From Emiliania huxleyi CCMP1516 (taxonomy: Eukaryota): 20,000 nucleotides of DNA. How positions within the stretch are numbered: the stretch's first letter is position 1; every line of letters starts with the position of its first letter. Below, in pieces: positions 8,479 through 17,700 of the stretch. The notes beneath the pieces are model-generated. The model was not told where the DNA came from. It ran no database searches and worked only from the letters and a program-made list of their open reading frames with translations. Position numbers and translations under genes: made by a program. The stretch spans positions 179,268 through 199,267 of the forward strand of contig NW_005201412.1 of NCBI RefSeq assembly GCF_000372725.1. Direction: 5' to 3'.

Positions 8479-11400
8479 ATGCCGCAGTGGTACGCGGCAC
8501 TCATCGATCACGGCTCTGGTTCCGGCGAACAAACACCGCACGCCGTCTTCGTCCGGTTCCGAGTCCATCACGTGAGCTCCGTGTCCTCAGACTCGTGGAC
8601 TGGAGAATTCCAGGTGCGCGGGCGGTGGAAGCACTCGCTCGCCGGCGGCGCCACTGATGCGGTCCCGACGCAGCGAGACTGCGACAGCCTCGCCCAGCGC
8701 TTTGATTCGGAGGTGCCTCCGTCCTTCGCCGCGCAACTTTCGTCGTCTCACTTATACCGCTCACTTGCCCACCCTCCTTCGTCCGAGGCGAGCGCTGGCC
8801 CCGCCCTCCGCGCGGACCATCTCTGGTCGCCACGCCTCTTCATCTCCAACCTGGTGCAAGAGGGCTCGCTGGTCGACGCGTGGCACTCCGTCTCGCCCGC
8901 GGGCGCGAGCGCCGTGTGGGTCGAGCACCGGATGCGCGTGCACGGCCAGCTGCTCGTGCTGCACAAGGAGGAGGACGCGGGCCTCTGCCCGCTGCAGCTC
9001 GCCATCTGCGTCGTAGCGCAGCGGCCCTGCGTCGACTTCGAGGACGGGAGCCTTCTCCTCGACGACGAGAACCGGCGCGGCAGCCGCGTGATTGGGATGC
9101 CCTCCCTCCCGAGTGGCTTTGTCGGCATCAAGCTCCCCTTGAAGTTCCGCCCCTCGGACGGCACCTCCAGCTCCGCCGACGAGGAGCAAGGAGCGAGGCG
9201 CGCCGCCAGCTGCCCTCCTCCCCTCTCTCCCTTCATCCCTCCCCCCCCCACCTCCTCTCGACCACACCTCCCTCGTCGCGTCAGCGAACGGCCGTCGGTG
9301 GAGTGGATCGACGTCTACGCGAGCCGCACCCGCGGCTCGGGCGGCGAGCGCTGCGTCGGCGACGGCAGACGCGCGAACGCGCACCAGGAGAGGCGTACCT
9401 CCGCTCGCCGACCCCTCCACAGGACAGACGCCTGAGCCTCCTGCGAGCCTGCCTTCAGGAGGCCATCCTCCGCTCGGCAGACGCGACGCAGCGCCCAGTC
9501 CTCACTGCGCAGATCTACCTCGAGCGCATCACCGACGAGCGTCACTACCGCGTCCCGCTGCCGCCGCTGCCGGAGGAGCCGTCCGCCGGCCTTGCGGCTC
9601 GGGGCATCGCCAAGCAGGAGGCGGAGGCAGCGGCGAAGCGGGCGACCGCGCAGCGCGCGGCGGCGGAAGACCGAGCGAGCGACGCCAGCCTACCGGCGTG
9701 GTCCGCCAGCGCCGGCCCTGACGCCGGCCCGGACTCGATCGAGCCGGCGGATCCCAGCGTCGACCTAGATGCGAGCGACGTCTGGTCCGTCGGCAGCGCG
9801 CCGACGCAGCGCACGCCGCTGCTCTCCGCCGCCATCGAGAGCCAGCTCGAGGCGGAGCGGGCAGCGTGGCCAGAGCACCGCGACGTTCACCTTCGCCTCG
9901 ACGTGGTGCGCGCGCGCGGCAGCTGTGCGTGCGGCGTCTCTGCGCCGCGCTCGCTCCGGCTCTGACGCGGGTCGGCGTGCTCAGGTGAGTTTGCACGGCG
10001 TTTCGCTGCTCGACCACGCCTTCACGGCGGAGGTCTTCGTCGAGCTGGTTTGGCGCGACGCGTCCCTCGGCCTCCAGGTGGGAGTGTCGCCGGAGCGGGC
10101 GGCGGAGGTGCTACAGACCGTCCTCGAGACGCCGGCGCTGTCGGAGCGCATCTGGCGCGCGCAGCTCAACCTGCGGAACCTCATGCACGAGACGGACGCC
10201 GAGCGGTGGTACGAGGTGCGCGTGGACCCGGAAGACCGCAAGCTCGCAATCGTCTCGTCGCGCGCCCGGCTCACAGGCGCCTCACGCACGGCGCCACCGC
10301 TGCCCTGCACCCCTGCACCTGCACCCCCCGCCCTCCCTCCCCCGGCCCGCACAGGCATCTTCCGGGAGCACTTCGAGCTGCACCACTTTCCGGTCGACGC
10401 GCAGGACCTCGCCCTCGACCTGATGGTCTCCTCCTCCTTCCACGGCGGCGAGGTGCGGCTGCAGCTCAACCGCGCGCTGCAGAGCCCTCTCGCCCTCCTC
10501 TCCGCCGACGTCGTCCACGACGAGTGCGTCCTCTCCCCGCGCCACCACCAACACCCCTTCACACATTCTCGCAGGGGGCCGCCGCCCCGACCCACCGCCG
10601 CTGTGAGCAGGTACGTTCTCGCGCCCCACATCTTCTACCAGCCCGCAAGGTCGGGCTACGTGTGCCCCGCCAAGCGCTTCGCCACCAAGGGCGACCACAC
10701 TGCCCCCTCGCGGCTCCGAGGGCGAGCGGCGCCTCGCCACGTGGCCCTCTCCCGCGCGAACAGGCGGCTACCACCGCGTGCACCGAGAGATGAACGAGGA
10801 CTGCTGCGGCTCGCGCCCGGTGTGGGCAGCTACGCCGGGGCAGGCGGGGGGCTCCCTCTCGGCGGCGCCGTCGGACGGCCGGGTGCCGGCCGCGGCCCTG
10901 CGCATGTCGATGCGCCTCGCGCGCCGGTCGTCTTACTACACGACTCACGTGGCGCTTCCCCTCTTCATGATCACCAGCGCGCTCTCCGCCTCCTTTTGGG
11001 TCGACCCGATGGAGGCGGACGTCTCCTCGCGCCTCTCTATCACGCTCGTCCTCCTGCTCACCATCTCCACCTTTCGCGACACCGTCAACGCCATCGTGCC
11101 CCGCATCAACTATGCGACGGCCATCGACAGGTACTTCTCCCTCTCCCTCGTCCTCGCCACGGTGACCATCGTGCAAAACGTGACGGTCGGGTCCGTCGTC
11201 TTGAACGCGCCGCTCGCCGCGCCCGGACAACGCTTCCATAGCCTCTGCCACACCCAGAGTGCTCGAGAATAGGCCAACCTGCTAAAGCACTTCCGCGAGG
11301 TGGAGGACGACGAGCTCTGGTTCGACCACGACCTAGAGAACCTCGAGTCGACCGTGCTGGACTACATCAGGGTGCAGAAGCGGTCGTTCCTCTGCTTTTG

Positions 11401-12016
11401 GGTCCTCTGGGGCGCGTGCAACGCCTACGCGGCGGTGCGATTCGTCACCTTGCGCCGCACCGCCGCGCAGTACGTGGGCGATTGTCCGCACTACTGGACC
11501 GCCGGCGGCGACTGTGCCGTGTGCGGACTCACGCACCCCGCCCCAGACCCGGCCCTCGCGCCGGGGCCGGGCGCGGCGCCGCGCGTCTTCTCGTCGCGTT
11601 GCCCCAAGTGCCGCTACGAGTGGAGGTTCGAGGCGGCGGCGCAAGAGGGGCAGGGGCAGTTTTATCGCTGCCCGCAGTGCGGCAACATCGAGCAGGGCAG
11701 GCCGCCGTCCCGCTCCGCGCTCGGCCTGCTCTCAACCTGCTTCTCGCGACGCGGCGTGTCTCGCGGCAGCGCCGACGACGACAAAAAGGCGTCGACGCGC
11801 GCCCTCGCACTCGCGCTGGCGGGCCGGACTTCAACGGGGTCGGCGCCTCAGCTGCCCAGCTTGCGTGAGGGCCTCTCGTCATCTTTGCTCGTCAGCTCGC
11901 GCTCGTCGACCGCGCAGGGCGAGGGCGCCGCACACGCCGCGGCGCGCGAGGCGGGTTCGCGGCGGCGCCGGTCGAGTGCAGTTGAACTTCGGACCGTCAC
12001 GAGGGCGCTGGTGTAG
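8479..12016 (+). CDS. Cys-less (Pro-loop) pentameric ligand-gated ion channel-like protein with two tandem ECD-like domains, four TM helices and C-terminal zinc-finger motifs; predicted exons 8479-9197, 9285-about 9354 (donor uncertain), 9459-9905, 9985-10276, 10355-10463, 10611-10690, 10764-11185, 11273-12016
   Basis: ECD motifs FTAEVFVELVWRD, IWRAQLNLRN, GIFREHFELHHFPVDAQDL (Pro-loop, no flanking Cys), MRLARRSSYY; M1 HVALPLFMITSALSASFWV, M2 SSRLSITLVLLLTISTF, M2-M3 VPRINYATAIDRY, M3, M4 FLCFWVLWGACNAYAAV. Introns are GT/GC-AG and frame-consistent. Confidence 0.85.
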
Positions 12017-12097
12017 TAGAGGGCCGAGTTTCTAGCTCACACGTGCTCACCGTGATATATAATAAGTGTACCCTAAGTTTCTCCGAGACCTCGCGAA

Positions 12098-12250
12098 CGG
12101 GCAGTTATTCACACCTCGGCAGTGCGTGGTTTGGGCCAGTTTGGGCAGGGCAGCTGCAGTGTGGGTTTCACACCCGGGGCAGGTAGGGGATCGGGCAGGG
12201 CAGTTGTGCGGCAGTGTGCGGGCAGGGCAGTACGGCAGGGCAGGGCAGGC
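12098..12250 (+). repeat. Degenerate GGGCA/GGGCAG repeat cluster in intergenic DNA
   Basis: More than ten GGCAG units, several as GGGCAGGGCAG. Confidence 0.7.
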
Positions 12251-12600
12251 GACGAGCCACGACCAACGGCAACGCGCCCGAGTTACCTCCTGTGTCCTGA
12301 GATCCGTCTCGTGCGTCGTGGTGATCTGCTGACCTGCTTTGCGGTTTTGTTGGTCAACTCTGCCACCAGAAAAAAACGACCCAAGGTGCACGCTAGCGGC
12401 CACCGGGAGTACAGCGATGCGACGGCGACGCGGAGACCTCTAGGCAGCGGCACCGGAGCCGCAGCCGGCTCGTTGTCCGCCCGGCAGGCACCGCCGCGCC
12501 AGAAACGCGTCGATCTCCGCCGCCACGCGGGCCGGCCATCAGTGCAGCCAAGGGTCAGCAGGGAGGTGCGGTCGCGGAATTTGCCCCTCAGGGCGCAGAG

Positions 12601-12990
12601 CAGCAGCAGCAGGGCGCATACAACTACTACAGCTCGTGAACCTGCTGCGGCGCGGGCGACCGCTGCCGGGACGCGCGGCTGGGGCAGTGCGCCGACCGAT
12701 ACGGCAGACCGAAGGCTCCGGTGGGCTTCACCGGCGATGCGGCCGAGGACGCCACCTCCGGTCTCCTCGGGTGGGTGGACAACTTCAAGCCTCCAGTTAC
12801 CGTCAGCGTCGGCCTAAAGTTCAGACTGACGGGCTCATCGCGAACGTGCGACTGCTACACTTGCGCCGGCGATCCGTGCTCCCCCTCCTCGGGCAGCTCT
12901 ACCCACCGCTGCAGCACCTGCGGCCCCTCAACCGCCCACTGCAGCGGCAGCCGCGACTCGAAACAGATCGGATGCTGGTTCTCGGGGTGA
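12601..12990 (+). pseudogene. Cys-rich reading frame with internal TGA; no clear start (pseudogene, or less likely a selenoprotein exon)
   Basis: QQQQGAYNYYSS*TCCGAGDRCRDARLGQCADRY...SSRTCDCYTCAGDPCSP...CSTCGPSTAHCSG..GCWFSG; TGA at 12637-12639; GTGAGG donor-like site at 12987. Confidence 0.35.
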
Positions 12991-13116
12991 GGCATAGCTA
13001 CCCCAACGCCCTGCGAGCTTCCCCGCGCCGCGCGCTTACACGCGTGTTACTTTTTTGAACAGTTGCCGAGCGCCCGCCGCCAGCAGCTTGCGTCGAGGGA
13101 GCATACGACAGGTGCA

Positions 13117-13983
13117 ATGCGGCGAGCTCTCCACCTCAGCTCGCTCTTCTTTGCCGCTCTTACGGCTGCCAGGGACAAGGTCTTTTTCCTCGGACCAATG
13201 AAGACAGGCACCACGAGTCTGTCCAAGCTCTTCACCGAGAGGGGCTACAAGACTTGCCACGGTGAATGCGCGGGTGAGACGTGGTCAACAATGACACACG
13301 CACACAAGGCGGACTCAAAGTCCCTGAGAGACCACGACGCCTTCATGGACCATGGAGACCACACTGACTTCGAGTGGCTCAACCAAACGTATCCGACTGC
13401 GCGCTTTGTGCTGAACACGCGCTCGCTGAGGAACTGGGTCGTGAGCAAGGCGGACCATATGCGCCGCAAGCGTGTGAGTGCTGGCTGCCCCCCGTGGGGC
13501 TCGGACTGCGCAAAGGACCCACACGGGTTTGTGTCCAACTCGAACACCACGATCCGGCGCTGGATCATATCGCAGGCTGAGCACCAGCGTAGGGTGCTGG
13601 ACTTCTTCAATGGCTCGCGCTCCCTGCGCAACCGCTTTGTCGTGGTTGACGTGGAGGGGCAGAGCGCTCGCTCCCTCAACCTCCTGCTGGACTGGGTGAC
13701 GAGGTCCGACGTCAGCACCAGGAAAACGACGGACCCCGTGCGTACGCCGAAGTCAGTCCCGCTCAGCCACGCCGTGCACCACACAGAGGCCCCAGACGCG
13801 AACAGCAACGCGCACTCATCCGACACGAGGACTCGCGTGACGGATGTGCTGCGGAGCCTCAGGGTGCCTGCGTCGTGTTGGGAGGATACACTCTACTTTG
13901 GTTGCCTTAAGGGCATGACGCTAACCCGCTCCGAAGTCGCGAAGCGGCACACCGGCACTGATATCTTCTCTCTGATGCGCTGA
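13117..13983 (+). CDS. Secreted/Golgi P-loop sulfotransferase-family protein (intronless)
   Basis: Signal-like MRRALHLSSLFFAALTAA; 5'-PAPS loop KVFFLGPMKTGTTSL; 3'-PB-like YPTARFVLNTRSLRNWVVS; later HQRRVLDFFNG...FVVVDV typical of this family. Confidence 0.85.
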   Translation: MRRALHLSSLFFAALTAARDKVFFLGPMKTGTTSLSKLFTERGYKTCHGECAGETWSTMTHAHKADSKSLRDHDAFMDHGDHTDFEWLNQTYPTARFVLNTRSLRNWVVSKADHMRRKRVSAGCPPWGSDCAKDPHGFVSNSNTTIRRWIISQAEHQRRVLDFFNGSRSLRNRFVVVDVEGQSARSLNLLLDWVTRSDVSTRKTTDPVRTPKSVPLSHAVHHTEAPDANSNAHSSDTRTRVTDVLRSLRVPASCWEDTLYFGCLKGMTLTRSEVAKRHTGTDIFSLMR

Positions 13984-14096
13984 TATCTTCTCTCTTCGTG
14001 TGACCGCTCTTACTAAATGTACTGATAGAAAGACATCCTCTGTGAGAAGTAACAGCTAGCGTGGAATCAACACGATATAAAAACTCCGAGGAGGGA

Positions 14097-14156
14097 CAAG
14101 GTAAACGGAGGTGGTGAGGTGTTAAGGTAAGGTAAGGTAATAAAAGGTAAGGTAAA
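14097..14156. repeat. (AAGGT)n simple-repeat tract
   Basis: taaggtaaggtaaggtaataaaaggtaaggtaaa at about 14123-14156 plus an upstream aaggtaaa. Confidence 0.8.
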
Positions 14157-14322
14157 CTTCTCCACACACACGAGGTGGTGGGGCAAGGGGGGGCAACCCT
14201 CGCGTCTCCACGTCTGACGACAGGATCCCCACGGCATTCAAAGTGCAAGGCCCAGTGCGCGTGGGGCCGAGCGTTTTTGACCTCTCGGTCTGTGGGGGGC
14301 CTGTATGACGCTCAAGGAGTGA

Positions 14323-14526
14323 GGCGCGGAGCGCCGCGCGCGGAGCGCGCCCCGAAGAAAATTTTGAGGGTTGTGGAGGGCTAGGTAGATGCGATTTCTA
14401 TTAAGAGTTTGACTCACACGCTGGAACCACTCGGCCCACCCACAGGCCCAATCTCAAGTGGCGGCGCTCCGCACCTACCCAGCGGCGCGCTCCGCGCGTG
14501 CTTTCCAGCGGCGCGCTCCGCGCGTG
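14323..14526. repeat. Direct and inverted copies of GGCGCGCTCCGCGCG
   Basis: 22-bp direct repeat CCAGCGGCGCGCTCCGCGCGTG at 14479-14500 and 14505-14526; inverted 15-bp copy at 14337-14351; partial copies near 14323 and 14463. Confidence 0.8.
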
Positions 14527-14716
14527 GCTCTGCGGCAGTGCTACTGCATCTTCCGCAGCTCCAGCAGGTATCAGCAGTGAGTTCACCGCCAGTTATCTGC
14601 GCCTCCGTTCGTCGCTCTCGTGCTTGATCGTCAGGCCGTGCTCTCGCGTCCGCCGGAGCTACCTCGGCTATCGGCACCATTTTACAAGTTTGACCGCCGA
14701 CATGTCGCGGTCCGGC

Positions 14717-17700
14717 TCAGTCAAGGCAATGTCGCTCGGCGTCGCTGGCTCCGTGGATGCTTGTGCTGCTGAGCAATCCAGGCGCACTTTGGCAGCCGGC
14801 GGCAGCGACTTGCGGCGTCAGCATTCGAACGGTTGTGTTGATTTGCTCTTGCTCCGCGGTATCTATGATGGCTGAGTTACGAACGGAGACCCCAAGCAGC
14901 TCCAGCGTGCCGTAGACGGTGATGTTGCCATTGACCAGAGCGGCTGAGAGGCCCTCATCCCAGCCCAGCACCACCCGCCTGTGAGCAGGCACCTGCCACT
15001 CCAGGTCTCCGACGCGAGAGCTCTGGTTCCGAGTCGGCGGGAGGGAGGGCTGCGAGAGGCTCAAGGTGCGCACATCCGGCCTCGTGAGGTGCAGGGCAAT
15101 GTACTCACTGATTGTCGACGATTCCTCTTCCCAGTACTGCTCAAATGACTGATGGTCGCTCTCCACAAACGTCGGCACCTCATACGTGCAGCGTTCAACA
15201 CCATCGGCCGACTCGATCGAAATCGCGACGTCAGCAACGGCGGCGCAAGGGTCGGAAGAGCCAGCGAGCTCTTCCATGTCGAGGTCAAGCCGCCAGATGC
15301 GCTCCTGCGAGAAGTGGAGGCAGTCACCGGACGCGTGCGGCGCGCAAAGCATCGGACACTCGAACAGGTCCGTGGCGCTGAGCTTCCAGATTGGCCTACC
15401 GAATCGCTCGAGGCTGATGGAGTGGACACAGACTGCTGGGAACTGGGGTGGTGGCATGGCCGGTGGTGGTGATGCGGGCGGCGGAGACGAGGGCGGCGGA
15501 GGAGGAGGCAGTGGCGGCAGCGGCGGCGGCGGCGGCTGCGGCGGCGGAGACGGCGGCGGCGGCAGCGGCGGCAGCGGTGGCCACGGCGGCGACGGCGGCG
15601 ACGGTGGCGACGGCGGCGGCGACGGCGGCATCAGTGGCGGCGAGTCGGGCGACGGCGGCTCGCAAGTCCATTGCGAGCCTGCTGCGGCTGAATTACTACA
15701 AAAGAAGCCACCACCATGTTCCTCAGCAAGTTGAAAGCAGCGTGGCTCCGCGGTCGTGCAAATGCAGCTTCCAGTAGAATCTTCGCAGTTCGCGCCATCG
15801 CCGCCGCACAACCCGGAGGCTGTGCCGCAAATCGGCGGGGGCGGCGGAGTCGGTGTCGGAGGAGAGGACGGCGGCGGCGTGGGAGGCGGCCTCAGCTTCT
15901 TGTACGCCCACAGGTCATCACGGATGTCTGCGATAGGTGCCACGCGAGTGTCGTCCCACACCTTCCTCGCCAGGCAATACTGCTCGCCATTGTGAAGGTA
16001 GATTGGCCTGCAGACCGCACCGGCGCACTCGTCCCAAGCGCCGCATTTCGCGTCTAGCTCGGTTTCGAGGATCGCGCATTGGTTGTGCCAATCTACCTTG
16101 AGGCAGTAGGCCTCGTCATAAATGCACCTACCGCCGTGCTCGTTCACGTAGTCGACGCCCTCGAGGTTCCCGTAGCAGGCGGGTGCGGAGCCGGGCTGCC
16201 CGACGTCGATGCACGCGAACATAGAGCCGTTATAACTCCCAGGGCAGGGAGGCGGCGGCGAGGGCGGCGGCGAGGGCGGCGGCGAGGGCGGCGGCGAGGG
16301 CGGTGGCGAGGGCGGTGACGCAGGCGGCGGAGGCGAGGGCGGCGGAGAGGGCGGCGGCGGCAACAACGGTGGCGAGGGCAGATCTGGCGGCAGGAGCGGC
16401 GGCGTAGGTGAGGCTGGTGGTGGCGAGGGCGGCGGAGGTGAGGGCGGCAAGGGTGGCGGCGGCGGCGGCGGCGGCGGCACAGGCGCATTTCCAGGCGGGA
16501 ACGGTGGCGGTGGGTATACCACTGATTGCAGGGCAAATTCGCCGGGTAGGCTGCCGCTGACGGCGGAGAACACCGTTGCATCCCACGTGGTTGGGTCGTC
16601 GCGACGCTTTGCGAGCCGAGGCTCGTCGCCGCCCCCGTCGAGCTGCTCCACGAGAATTCCGAGCTCGCTGCGTTCATCTGAGAGACGCACAACTAGCTTG
16701 GTCTCACCGTGGCTGGAGGGATGGACCCATCGAGTGAGGCGGTCGCAGCCAGGAGAAAAGCCAAAATCCAGTCGAAGATCCCGCGGCCCGCTGTATGGGC
16801 CGTCGGCCGTGCTGGCCAAACGAAGGCCGGCCGGCACCGGCGTGACAAGCACCCGCGAGCAATTTGCGAGCTCGCCGGGCTTCATGACGGCTAGCGGGTG
16901 GACTTGGACGCGCTTCACGATGACGTCCTGCGAGCCGTTGTTGATCACGTGTACCCGAGACGGAAGAAACTCAAAGGCGCCAAGCTCGTACGTGCACTCT
17001 CCTTCGACGCACGTAGGTTCAAGCTCGCTGTCGCTGAACCACCGCGAGCCCTCCAGCGGGAAGGAGTCGAGGCCGACCAGGAAGGTGTGCTCGCTAGAGC
17101 TTCCCGCCAGCGTCAGAGCGAACCGGCCGCCACCCCCCTCGGACAACGCGCCGCGACGCATCTCCTCCTCGCCTGTGGCGGTGAAGCCACCCGGCAAGCC
17201 AATCTCGCAATCGGAGCAGTCCAGGATGAGCTGGCTGGCAGCTAGCGCCAGCTGGAAGGCAGCGAACGAAGGAAACGCGTGCGCTACTCGCCAGCCCCGC
17301 ACCAGGTCGACGCGCGAGAACGGCCAATCGCGCCTGGCCACGGCACAGAGCGCTGCTCCGTGCCCAGTCTCGAGGTTGCCGCATCCGGCAGATGAAGCGC
17401 ACCACTTGCCATCTGAGGACGTCCATGCTGCTGTGGAGCTCGCTGCAACGTCCTGAGCGAGACGTCTGGCGATACCAAGGGCATCAACGCCCAGCATGTC
17501 CACTTGTGCCAGCGCTGCGCCGTCCTCGGCACACCTGCGGGTGGCGTTGTCGCGCGTGGCCAGGTCGTCGTCAAAGAAGGCGACACATGGCCCGGCCTTG
17601 GGGCTGGCGTGGTACCCGTGTGGACACGTGGAGTACGTAACCGTGCTTCTCTCTACAACGGCCTGAGCCGCGTCATTCGTCAGCTCGACGACTCCAAGCT

